Source: an uncultured Actinomycetes bacterium (GTDB lineage: Bacteria; Actinomycetota; Thermoleophilia; Gaiellales; Gaiellaceae). Taken from it: a stretch of 64,000 bases of DNA. The notes beneath the pieces were generated by a model. The model was given only the letters and a program-made list of their open reading frames with translations. It was not told the origin of the DNA and made no database searches. Below, piece after piece: positions 26,929 through 35,835 of this stretch; the first letter of the stretch is position 1, and the number at the start of each line of letters is the position of its first letter. The stretch is taken from positions 59,470 through 123,469 of the forward strand of contig CAWKBS010000009.1 in assembly GCA_963847985.1 (NCBI GenBank). The letters are read 5' to 3'. Both the position numbers and the translations under genes were made by a program.

Positions 26929-27636
26929 ATGTCCGGCGGGTTCACCGACAAGCTGCGCGGGTCCCTCGAGAGCTACCTGGCGCGAAGCGCAGCCGAGCTC
27001 GACGAGCGAGGATCCGACCTGGACGAGCGGGCCCGCGAGCTGGACGAACGCGGGGCCGAGCTCGAGCAGGCCGAGATCGCGCTCGAGGAGCGGGAGCGCA
27101 CGCTCGAGGAGCTGGGGCCGCTCCCCGCCCGCCTGAGCCAGGCGCTCGACCGGGCCCTCGACACGCTGGCGGAGCGCGCCCGCACCGTCGAGGAGGCCAC
27201 GGACGCCGCCCGCAACCGCCTGCTCGAGCTGGCCGAGGCCGAGGCCGAGCTCGCTGCGCGCGAGAAGGGCTTCACCGAGAAGAGCGACCGCATGCGCGTC
27301 GAGCAGCGGCGCCTCGCCGACCGGGAGCGCGAGCTGGCCCAGTTCCACCGCGATCTGCTCGACCCGGGCGCCCTCGACGCCGGCTGGGTCGCACAGCGCG
27401 ACCGCTCCTTCGCCGAGGCCGAGACGCTGCTCGAAGAGCGCCGGCGCGAGCTGGACTCCCGCGAGCAGGAGCTGGACGAGCACCAGGTGCGCGAGCACGC
27501 CAGGCTCCACGTCGTCCGCGAGGAGCTCGAGCGCCGGGAGCACGAGCTCGACGAGCTCCGCGAGCGCCTCGACCGGCGCGAGCAGGAGCTGAACGCGTAC
27601 GTCGCCCAGCTCCAGTCCGGCCTGGTGCGCAACTAG
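26929..27636 (+). CDS. coiled-coil protein with ELDER-type internal repeats
   Basis: Repeated ELDERG/ELDERA/ELEQAE/LEERER heptad-like segments. No enzymatic motif. Confidence 0.5.
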   Translation: MSGGFTDKLRGSLESYLARSAAELDERGSDLDERARELDERGAELEQAEIALEERERTLEELGPLPARLSQALDRALDTLAERARTVEEATDAARNRLLELAEAEAELAAREKGFTEKSDRMRVEQRRLADRERELAQFHRDLLDPGALDAGWVAQRDRSFAEAETLLEERRRELDSREQELDEHQVREHARLHVVREELERREHELDELRERLDRREQELNAYVAQLQSGLVRN

Positions 27637-27679
27637 CAAGCGCAGCACGTTCTACCGCGCGGCGTTCTAGACTCAGCGC

Positions 27680-28093
27680 GTGCCCGCAGCGCCGCTGCCA
27701 CCGGAGCTCGAGCGCTTCGTCGCCAAGCCGCGACAGGCCGTCGTTGGCACGGTTCGCGACGACGGGACGCCGGTGACGACGCCCTGCTGGTACGGGATCG
27801 ACGACGTGGGCCGCGTCGTCCTCTCCATGGGCCGCGACAGCCACCGGCTCCGGCACATCCGCGCGAACCCGCGCGTCTCGCTCAGCGTCCTGGGCGACGA
27901 CTGGTACTCGCACGTCTCCGTGATCGGGACCGCGGTCGAGTTCCGAAGCGACGACGACCTGGCCGACATCGACGCGCTCTCGCAGCGGTACGCCGGCGTG
28001 GACTACGACGACCGCACGTATCGCGGCGTGACGGTCTTCGTCGAGCTCGACCGCTGGCACACCTGGGGCGACCCGGCCGCCGAGGTTGGCTAG
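27680..28093 (+). CDS. PPOX-class (pyridoxamine 5'-phosphate oxidase-like), probably F420-dependent, protein
   Basis: AVVGTVRDDGTPVTTPCWY...RLRHIRANPRVSLSV is a typical split-barrel N-terminus. Confidence 0.7.
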   Translation: MPAAPLPPELERFVAKPRQAVVGTVRDDGTPVTTPCWYGIDDVGRVVLSMGRDSHRLRHIRANPRVSLSVLGDDWYSHVSVIGTAVEFRSDDDLADIDALSQRYAGVDYDDRTYRGVTVFVELDRWHTWGDPAAEVG

Positions 28094-29649
28094 CCGCAGG
28101 GCTCGAGCCGCGAGGCTCCGCGCAGGCAGATCGCCACGACGTCGTCGCTGTCGGGCTCCCGGTAGCGGTGCTGGAAGGACGGGCCCTTGGGCGCGCCGGA
28201 GAGGTCGCAGTAGGCGCCGGCGAGGATGCACTGCTGCTCGCCCCAGCGGCCCGGGAACGCGTTCCAGAGCGCCGGCTCGCCCTCCGCGGTCAGCGGCAGG
28301 CGCTTGACGCACTCCACGCACTCCTCGTTGTGCGCCCACGGGACCGCGCCGTTGTGGGCCGCCTCTGGGAGCTCCCGCGTCTCCTGCTTGCAGCCGCCGA
28401 AGCACGGGCTCGGATAGGACGCATGACTGTTCCGGGCGACGAAGGCGATCGCGCGGTCACCTGCGTCGGCTATCGCGGGAAGCACGACGTCCTGCCAGGT
28501 GTCCTGGACGGCGGCGACGCGCGGGATGCCGAGCGAGCTCCAGTACGGGACAAGCGTCTCGTTCCAGTCGTAGGCGACCACGTGCTCGTGCTGCCCGTAG
28601 CGGACCTCCTCCGGGGCGAGGCTCTCGTCGCCGACGGGCTCGCAGTCGGTGCACGGGGCCAGCACGACCGTCAGCCCCTCCCAGTCGCCCGCGTGCTGTT
28701 GACAGGTGTACGGCGGCCAGCGCAGCCCAGGCCCGCAGAAGACCTTGTCGGCCACGGGCGAGGGGTTGAGCGAGTAGAACCACCAGTAGTCGACATAGAC
28801 GCGCTCGTCGCCGTCCGGACGCGTCACGTGGTAGTAGACGGCGCTCGTCTCGTTCCCGCCCCGGGGCGTTCCCGGCGCCTCGTCGAGCTTGAGGTAGTCC
28901 TGGTTCGCGTCGATCAGCCTTGCGTCCTCGACGATCGAGCAGTTGTCGTCCCCCACCGCCTTCCGGCACATCTGCACGCGGTCGTCCGCGATCGCGTCCT
29001 GGACGTCGAGCGGGTAGCGGCGCTCGCCGGAGTCGAAGAAGAGCAGCGGCCGGAACGCCTCGGCGAGGGCCTGATCCTGCTCCCCGCCCTCCGTGTCCTC
29101 GACCGGCACCGCCTGCGGCACCCGGTCGGCCGCGCCCACCGAGGGCGCGACGAAGAGGACGATGGCCAGGAGCGCGACGCCGACGACCTCCGCCTGCCAG
29201 AACACCGGGAAGCGCGGCGACTTCTTGCCGTCCTTTTCGCGGAGCCAGTACACGAACTGACAGACGGCCCACACGAGCACCGGCGCGAGGAGCAGGACGA
29301 GCCCCCAAGGGCGCGTGACGTAGGCGACCGGGATGCCGACAAGGACGAAGATCGTCGTTGCGAAGGCTCGAGGCAGCGCCCGGCCCGCGTCCTCGCCGAG
29401 GAAGAATGCCGCCGCCTGCCGGGCGATCCAGAAGATCGCGGTCGTCACGACAATCGCAAAGGCGAGGTCGCCCCAGAGGCCGGCTCCCCGCAGGAGCCAG
29501 CTCAGGCCGACGAGCAGGAAGAGCGAGACGACGAAGAGCAGGATGGCGAGCGCCCAGCGCGCGGCCACACCGCCGCGCCCCTCGGCGACGAAGGGCCGGC
29601 GGACGCGCTCGAGGAGCTCGTCGAGCCGGGAGGGCTCCTGCGCGCTCAT
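28090..29649 (-). CDS. polytopic membrane protein with Vps62/DUF946-like extracytoplasmic domain
   Basis: About 5 N-terminal TM helices, then RRYPLDV...YYHVTRPDG..VYVDYWWFY..NPSP...QQHAGDWEGLTVVL. Confidence 0.55.
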   Translation of the reverse strand: MSAQEPSRLDELLERVRRPFVAEGRGGVAARWALAILLFVVSLFLLVGLSWLLRGAGLWGDLAFAIVVTTAIFWIARQAAAFFLGEDAGRALPRAFATTIFVLVGIPVAYVTRPWGLVLLLAPVLVWAVCQFVYWLREKDGKKSPRFPVFWQAEVVGVALLAIVLFVAPSVGAADRVPQAVPVEDTEGGEQDQALAEAFRPLLFFDSGERRYPLDVQDAIADDRVQMCRKAVGDDNCSIVEDARLIDANQDYLKLDEAPGTPRGGNETSAVYYHVTRPDGDERVYVDYWWFYSLNPSPVADKVFCGPGLRWPPYTCQQHAGDWEGLTVVLAPCTDCEPVGDESLAPEEVRYGQHEHVVAYDWNETLVPYWSSLGIPRVAAVQDTWQDVVLPAIADAGDRAIAFVARNSHASYPSPCFGGCKQETRELPEAAHNGAVPWAHNEECVECVKRLPLTAEGEPALWNAFPGRWGEQQCILAGAYCDLSGAPKGPSFQHRYREPDSDDVVAICLRGASRLEPCG

Positions 29650-29696
29650 CGGAGCAAAGGTACACCCACAATTGACATATTCCTATATCGGTATAT

Positions 29697-30059
29697 ATGA
29701 TGATCGCCATGGCACGAGCAGCGACGACCGCAGACGCGTTCAACGCGGTGGCCGAGCCCCGACGGCGACAGATCCTGGACGTCCTCGCCGGCGGGGAACG
29801 CCCCGTGAACGACCTCGTCGCGCTGCTCCGGCTGACCCAGCCGCAGGTGTCCAAGCACCTGCGCGTGCTCCGAGAGGTGGGAGTGGTCGACGTGCGCGAA
29901 GACGGACGACAGCGCCTGTACCGGGTCAACGGCCATGCGCTCAAGCCCATCCACGACTGGGTCCAGTGCTACGAGCGCCTCTGGTCCGAGCGGTTCGATC
30001 AGCTCGATGTCGTGCTGGAAGAGCTCAAAGACGAGGAAGGAGACGGCAATGGTGACTAG
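29697..30059 (+). CDS. ArsR/SmtB family transcriptional regulator
   Basis: AVAEPRRRQILDVLAGGERPVNDLVALLRLTQPQVSKHLRVLREVGVV winged HTH. Confidence 0.85.
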   Translation: MMIAMARAATTADAFNAVAEPRRRQILDVLAGGERPVNDLVALLRLTQPQVSKHLRVLREVGVVDVREDGRQRLYRVNGHALKPIHDWVQCYERLWSERFDQLDVVLEELKDEEGDGNGD

Positions 30060-30528
30060 CGGAACAGCAACGGTGACGCTCCCCACGGACGAGCAGATCC
30101 TGATCACGCGGGAGTTCGACGCCCCCAGGCACCTGGTCTGGGAGGCGTGGACGAACCCGGAGCTGGTGAAGCGCTGGTGGCACGCGAACCGCGGCGACGT
30201 GACGCTCGTCGAGATCGACCTGCGCGTCGGCGGCGCCTGGCGGTACGTGATGGTGACCCCCGACGGCCTCGAGGTCGGCTTCCACGGCGAGTACCGCGAG
30301 ATCGTCCCGAACGAGCGGCTCGTCTCGACGGAGGTCTACGAGGGCTTCCCCGACGGCGAGGCGCTCAACACCTTGACGTTCACCGAGGTCGACGGGCGCA
30401 CGACGCTCGAGGTGCTCGTGCAGCACTCGAGCAAGGAGCACCGCGACGGCCACATCGACTCCGGCATGGAAGCGGGCATGCAAGACGCAATGGACCTGCT
30501 GGAGCAGATCGCGGTCTCGCTGCGCTGA
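30049..30528 (+). CDS. SRPBCC / AHSA1 (Aha1-like) domain protein
   Basis: ATG 30049 after GAAGGAG. ITREFDAPRHLVWEAWTNPELVKRWW. This is the typical partner gene of ArsR-type regulators. Confidence 0.8.
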   Translation: MVTSGTATVTLPTDEQILITREFDAPRHLVWEAWTNPELVKRWWHANRGDVTLVEIDLRVGGAWRYVMVTPDGLEVGFHGEYREIVPNERLVSTEVYEGFPDGEALNTLTFTEVDGRTTLEVLVQHSSKEHRDGHIDSGMEAGMQDAMDLLEQIAVSLR

Positions 30529-30585
30529 GGCATGGGAGCGGTGGGATCACCGGACGCGAGGCCCGGTGATCCCACCATTCGAGGC

Positions 30586-32205
30586 CTAGGGCTCCTGGAC
30601 GGCACCGGCCGGCGGCAGGCCGACCATGTGCGTGCTCTGCGCCAACAACTCCTCGGGCACGTCGAGGAACGGGTTGGGGTTCGCCGGGCAGACCGTGCCG
30701 ACGGGCGGCAGGGCACCGTCGAGGAGGTACGCGTCGACGTATTCCTGCGTGCACAGGTTGCGCCCGTAGGCGGTGTGGCCCCAGCCGGCGTAGCTCAGCA
30801 GGCGGCTGTTCTTGAGCAGCCTGGTCGTTGCCTTCGCGCCGGCATAGTCGGTGACGCCGTCGAAGAAGTTGCCGACGACGAGGACGGGCGCCGACGTGCG
30901 CGCCGTCCACGGCCCGATGTAGCGATCCTTGTTCACCGGCCATTCGGCGCACGGACTGTTGAACCACCACCAGTAAGGGCCGAAGCGAGAGCCCGCCCGC
31001 GCGAACCGGTCGATCGCCCGGAACTCGTGGAAGCTGTCCGGGTATTCCGTGTCGGCGCACTGGTTGCCGAAGTACGCATCGAGCCCGTTGTCGTAATCGG
31101 GCTCCGGTTGCGGCGGCGACAGCGCCTGGACGAGGCCGCGGCGCACCGCCCGCGCCTTCGCCTTCGCCGACTGGTCGCCGAGCGCGACGTCGGCGACGAA
31201 GTCGAGGAAGGCTCCGTAGCCCTCCGGGCCGCCCCAGACCTCCGGGGAGTACATCGCGCTCGTAGCGTCGGCGATCAGGAAGTCGTACGTGTAGAGGAAG
31301 CCGTCGCCGAGGTCGACCGGCTCCTCCTCGATCGTCCGCGCGAGCGTCTCCCACCGCTTCGCCGTCCGCCGTCCGTCACCGAACGCACAGGCTGGTCCCG
31401 CCTCCTTGCAGAGGCGCAGGAACTCGTCGAACTCCTCCTGCGTGGCGACCCGGTCGGACTCGATCTGGCGACCGCTCGACCAGAGGCGCGGGTCGAGCAC
31501 GCCGTCGATGACCAGCGCGCGCACGTTCTTGGGGAAGAGGTTGGCGTACGTGTTCCCGAGGTAGCTCCCGTACGAGAACCCCAGGTAGCTCAGCTTGTCG
31601 TCGCCGACCGCCTGGCGCAGGAGGTCGAGGTCGCGAACGACGTCGGCAGTGCTCATGTGCTCGGCAATCCGCTCGCCACGGCTCAGGCAGAGGTCTGGGA
31701 GCGACGAGTACTGGTCGTAGAACGGCCGGTACTGGTCGTTCTGGTACGGGAAGATCGGCACCGAGGAGAAGAAGGCGTTGAGCTCTTCCTCGCTCTCGAA
31801 GCAGTGCAGCGGATCCGAGTTGCCGACCCCGCGCGGATCGAAGCCGACGACGTCGAAGCGGCCGTCGAGGTTGTCGTGCAGGAACTGGCCGAAGCCGCTC
31901 AGAGCGAACCCCACGCCGGAGCCGCCGGGACCGCCGGGGTTGATGAAAACGCTCCCGATCCGATTGGCGGTGTCGCTCGCCGGAATGCGGGCCAGCAAGA
32001 TCGACGTCTTCTTTCCCCTGGGCGAGTCGTAGTCGAGCGGCACCTCGACCAGCGCACACTCCGTGCCGGGGAAATCGTCTCCGCACGGCTCCCAGTCGAT
32101 CACCGGCACCTGCGGCCCACCGCCGCCGGCCGCAACAGCCGGCCCCGCCGCAATGGCGACGAGCAGAACCGCGACCGCGACGAGCAACCCGCCTCGGGTG
32201 AACAT
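30586..32205 (-). CDS. secreted alpha/beta hydrolase, tripeptidyl aminopeptidase (S33) family
   Basis: Signal peptide from ATG 32205. NPGGPGGSGV and nucleophile elbow GFSYGSYLG. C-terminal TAP-like region with GWGH. Confidence 0.8.
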   Translation of the reverse strand: MFTRGGLLVAVAVLLVAIAAGPAVAAGGGGPQVPVIDWEPCGDDFPGTECALVEVPLDYDSPRGKKTSILLARIPASDTANRIGSVFINPGGPGGSGVGFALSGFGQFLHDNLDGRFDVVGFDPRGVGNSDPLHCFESEEELNAFFSSVPIFPYQNDQYRPFYDQYSSLPDLCLSRGERIAEHMSTADVVRDLDLLRQAVGDDKLSYLGFSYGSYLGNTYANLFPKNVRALVIDGVLDPRLWSSGRQIESDRVATQEEFDEFLRLCKEAGPACAFGDGRRTAKRWETLARTIEEEPVDLGDGFLYTYDFLIADATSAMYSPEVWGGPEGYGAFLDFVADVALGDQSAKAKARAVRRGLVQALSPPQPEPDYDNGLDAYFGNQCADTEYPDSFHEFRAIDRFARAGSRFGPYWWWFNSPCAEWPVNKDRYIGPWTARTSAPVLVVGNFFDGVTDYAGAKATTRLLKNSRLLSYAGWGHTAYGRNLCTQEYVDAYLLDGALPPVGTVCPANPNPFLDVPEELLAQSTHMVGLPPAGAVQEP

Positions 32206-32380
32206 GGAGAAGACTCGCAAGACGCACCTCCCGGGATTCGTCAGAGGCGCGAACCTACCGCCAAGCCACGTTCGCCACAAGTCCAGCATCGCGCGCTGCC
32301 CAACGGCGAAGCGCGGACCTGCGATGTCCGGCTTGAGACCGGGCGCTGTAAGCCGGTCATGGCGCGTAGGCTACGGAGCG

Positions 32381-32524
32381 ATGACTACGCTCGAGCTCAC
32401 AGACGAGGAGCTCCGCCTCGTGCGCTCCGCGCTCACCGCCTATCTCGAGGACTTCGGGCACGACGAGGCGGACATCCTGCGGGAGCTCAAGGCGATCCTC
32501 GCCAAGCTCCCGCCGCGCGACTAG
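32381..32524 (+). CDS. possible small protein (47 aa)
   Basis: MTTLELTDEELRLVRSALTAYLEDFGHDEADILRELKAILAKLPPRD. Good GC3 but a weak, very short SD spacing. Confidence 0.3.
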   Translation: MTTLELTDEELRLVRSALTAYLEDFGHDEADILRELKAILAKLPPRD

Positions 32525-32652
32525 GAACACGAAGCGCTCAGGCTCAGGGGCTTGCTGCGTCGATTGCTCGCGGCCCGGATGCCAGCGGACCCGGTGAGTT
32601 TCGTCTCGAAGACCGGTCCGTAGTGACAGTCCTGTGAACCGAGGAGGTCGAA

Positions 32653-33417
32653 ATGCTGCTCGAAGGCAAGAGCGCTGTGATCTACGGGGGCGGTGGGTCG
32701 ATCGGCGGCGCGGTCGCGCGGGCCTTCGCTCGCGAAGGAGCGAGCGTCTTCCTCGCCGGTCGCACGGAGGCCAGGCTCGAGAAGGTCGCGGAGGACATTC
32801 GCGCCGCCGGCGGACAGGTGAATACGGCAGTCGTCGACGCGCTCGACGAGAAGGCGGTCGACCGCCATGCCGACGCCGTGGTCGCCGAGGCGGGAAGCCT
32901 CGACATCTCCTTCAACGTGATCACTCACCCCCACACCCACGGGGTCCCGTTCCACGAGATGCGGGCCGACGACTTCATGGCGCCCGTGGAGACGGCCGCC
33001 CGCACGACGTTCATCACCGCCAGGGCGGCTGCGCGCCACATGATTCCCCGCGGCTCGGGCGTGATCCTCGCCTTCGGCGGCCCTGGCGATCGCAGCGCCC
33101 CGCTGCGCGACTACTACCTCGGCGGGACGCAGGTCGCCTTCGACGCGATCGAGACGATGCGACGACAGCTCTCGGTGGAGCTCGGGCCACATGGCATCCG
33201 GTTCGTGACCCTGGCCAGCGGCGGCGTGCCGGAAACGTTCTCGCCGGACTTCGAGGGCGCGCCGGACATCACGAAGATGATCGAGGATCAGACGCTGCTC
33301 GGCCGAGCGGCGACGCTCGAGGACGTCGGCAACGCTGCGGTCTTCGTAGCCTCGGACTGGGGTCGCACCCTGACTGCGACGATCGTCAACGTCAGCTGCG
33401 GCGCGCTGATCGACTAG
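32653..33417 (+). CDS. SDR family oxidoreductase
   Basis: GKSAVIYGGGGSIGGAVARAFAREGASV (TGxxxGxG-like). 254 aa. Confidence 0.85.
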   Translation: MLLEGKSAVIYGGGGSIGGAVARAFAREGASVFLAGRTEARLEKVAEDIRAAGGQVNTAVVDALDEKAVDRHADAVVAEAGSLDISFNVITHPHTHGVPFHEMRADDFMAPVETAARTTFITARAAARHMIPRGSGVILAFGGPGDRSAPLRDYYLGGTQVAFDAIETMRRQLSVELGPHGIRFVTLASGGVPETFSPDFEGAPDITKMIEDQTLLGRAATLEDVGNAAVFVASDWGRTLTATIVNVSCGALID

Positions 33418-33594
33418 GCACGCCGCGCCCGGTTGGCCGCAAGGAACCTCTAAGCGATTGTCTCGGGACCTTTGCGGCTTCGCCGCCGTCGAGACACAGC
33501 ATGGACATTCGTGACAAAAGGTGCTATGTGTCGCCCGTCCCAGGGAGGCCGTCCTCGGGGGCGCGCGCCTCCCGGAAGTCAGTCAGGAGGTCCC

Positions 33595-35196
33595 ATGCGA
33601 CCACCACTCAAAAGGGCTCGATGGGCGCTCGCGATTGTCGGCGCTCTGTCCGCGATGCTCGTCGCCGCTTCACCCGCCGGCGCGCGTCCTCAACCGTCGG
33701 TCCCGACACTCAAGTGGACGGAGTGTGGCGACGGAGTCGAGTGCGCGACCGCAAAGGTGCCGCGCAACTACGCAAGACCCCACGGACGAAAGATCGAGAT
33801 CGCCGTGGCAAGGACTCGGGCGCTGGACCCGAGCCGCCGCATCGGCTCGTTGTTCTTCAACTTCGGCGGCCCCGGAGGCGAGTCGGTCGGCGCCCTCCAA
33901 TCGGTCGGCGCCGACCTCTTCCCCACGCTGAGCGATCGCTTCGACATCGTTGCTTTCGATCCGCGGGGCGTGGGACAGAGCAGACCGGCAATCGACTGCA
34001 AGGTCAATCAGGAAACCGTCGGTCTCTACGCACAGCCCTTCACGACACCTGAGAATCTCGACGTCCGTGCCCTGATCGACCGCTCCAAGTTCTACGGCCG
34101 CCGCTGCCTCCAGCTGAACCCGGGGATCCTTCCCTACGTCGCAACCGCGAACGTCGCCCGCGACCTCGACCTACTCCGCGCGGCCGTCGGCGAGCGCAAG
34201 CTCAACTACCTCGGCTGGTCGTATGGCACGTACCTCGGCGCGACGTACGCGAGGTTCTTCCCGCATCGCTTCCGCGCGCTCGTGTTGGACGGCGCCATCG
34301 ATCCGGACCAGTATGCGAATCGCCCGCACGCGTACCTCCTGGGCCAGAACGGCGGATTCGAACGGGCGCTCGGCCGTTTCCTCCAGGCCTGTGCCGCGCA
34401 CCAGGACGTCTGCGGCTTCGGAGGCGACGACCCCTGGACCGCCTACGACGAGCTCCTGGAACGGCTCGATGTCACACCCATCCCCGCCGGCGGCGACGAC
34501 CCGCGGCCGGTCGACGGCGACGACGTCCGAGCAGTGACCGTGGCCGCGCTCTACGCAAAGCAGAACTGGCCGTTCCTCGCGCTCATGCTGCAGGAGGCCG
34601 AGGACGGAGACGGGACCCTCGTCCGTGAGGTCGTCAACGGCTTTTACGGGCGCCTGCCCGACGGTACCTTCGATCCGTTCGGAGATCGCTACTTCACGAT
34701 CGAGGGAGTCGACCAGCGGTTCAAGAACGACATCGGCTTCTACCTTCGCGGCGGCGCCGACTCCTGGGCGACCTTCGATCACTTCTGGTGGAACGCCGGC
34801 TACTCGGAGATGCCCTGGGGCCTCTATCCGGTGAAGCCGCGAGGCGTCTACTACGGCCCGTTCAACGTGCCACGGTCAGCTCCGATGACCCTCGTAGTCG
34901 GCACGACGTACGACCCGGCCACGGTCTACCGCGGTGCGAAGCAACTCGTGGCGCAGATGGGTCGCGCCCGGCTCCTGACGATGCGAGGCGACGGCCACAC
35001 CGCCTACTACGGCAACTCGCCGTGCATCGACACGGCCGTGGACGCCTATCTCGAGAACCTCAGGCTCCCCGCCCCCGGAACGGTCTGCCTGCAGGAGGTC
35101 CCGTTCGAGGCGGAAGCGGCGTTGACAAATCGAGCCGCCGCCGCCCGCTTTGTAGACGTGCTTCGACTGCACCTAAAGCCCGGATTCCCTCGCTAG
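33595..35196 (+). CDS. secreted alpha/beta hydrolase, tripeptidyl aminopeptidase (S33) family (paralog of 30586..32205)
   Basis: ATG 33595 after AGGAGG. Signal peptide RWALAIVGALSAMLVAASPAGA. FGGPGGESV, GWSYGTYLG and GDGHT. Confidence 0.8.
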   Translation: MRPPLKRARWALAIVGALSAMLVAASPAGARPQPSVPTLKWTECGDGVECATAKVPRNYARPHGRKIEIAVARTRALDPSRRIGSLFFNFGGPGGESVGALQSVGADLFPTLSDRFDIVAFDPRGVGQSRPAIDCKVNQETVGLYAQPFTTPENLDVRALIDRSKFYGRRCLQLNPGILPYVATANVARDLDLLRAAVGERKLNYLGWSYGTYLGATYARFFPHRFRALVLDGAIDPDQYANRPHAYLLGQNGGFERALGRFLQACAAHQDVCGFGGDDPWTAYDELLERLDVTPIPAGGDDPRPVDGDDVRAVTVAALYAKQNWPFLALMLQEAEDGDGTLVREVVNGFYGRLPDGTFDPFGDRYFTIEGVDQRFKNDIGFYLRGGADSWATFDHFWWNAGYSEMPWGLYPVKPRGVYYGPFNVPRSAPMTLVVGTTYDPATVYRGAKQLVAQMGRARLLTMRGDGHTAYYGNSPCIDTAVDAYLENLRLPAPGTVCLQEVPFEAEAALTNRAAAARFVDVLRLHLKPGFPR

Positions 35197-35205
35197 ACAT
35201 CCACG

Positions 35206-35239
35206 ATTGGCCCCGCCGCATTCCGGCGGCGGGGCCAAT
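35206..35239 (+). terminator. 14-bp perfect stem hairpin (ATTGGCCCCGCCGC-attccg-GCGGCGGGGCCAAT)
   Basis: Read directly, 10 nt after the stop at 35196. No U-tract follows. Confidence 0.55.
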
Positions 35240-35448
35240 CTCACTCCCTTGTTCGGAATGAAAAACCTGCGTGAGCGGGGCTTTAGGAGAGGGAGGGAGA
35301 GAGGGTGAGTTCCAAGGAACCAGCGCGCCCTGTTCTGAAGCTGGCTTCGAGAGCACCTACAGCCGAGGCACTTCAGACATGCAACGATGAATTCTGAACC
35401 GCCGTCCTCTAGCTAGCTGCCGCCGTCCGGTCAGTCGTTCTAACCAAG

Positions 35449-35473
35449 CCGATGAGGCGGGAATCGAACCCGC
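35449..35473 (-). other. tRNA-like 3' fragment (T-arm plus acceptor 3' strand only)
   Basis: The minus strand reads GCGGGTTCGATTCCCGC-CTCATCG. No matching 5' acceptor strand, D-arm or anticodon arm could be folded from the 90 nt upstream. Confidence 0.3.
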
Positions 35474-35835
35474 GCAAGATCCGGGACGTAGGAGCCTGAT
35501 GGGAAAGCAAGGTCGCGCGCGGTCACGAACTGTTCCTCGATCAGAAGTCGTGACGGTCAACAGACGGTTACTGGCTTCCTTGAGACTGTGCTGCGGCGAT
35601 GAATCCCTACTTGGCGCGTCCTGATGTCCCAGGCGAGACGGCGTAGATCGGCTTCTCCGGCGGGCAGTCGGGATCTAGTCGCGACGATCAGGGCGTCTAC
35701 TGCGAGTCGCAAACGAATCACCGCAGGGCTGAGTTGCGCGTTGAGGCGGTAATGCGGTGATATGGAGGTGCCTTGAACGCCTGTCGCGCGTGAGGGACAC
35801 TGACTGGACCGTCCTCAGGAGTAGGGAGGGCACGC

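Noticed and set aside
35449-35545. Full-length tRNA or tmRNA at the left island edge
   Set aside because: Only the T-arm and 3' acceptor strand are present. I could not find a complementary 5' acceptor (CGATGAG), D-arm or anticodon stem, and the 3' end is not the tmRNA-type ...CTCCACCA.
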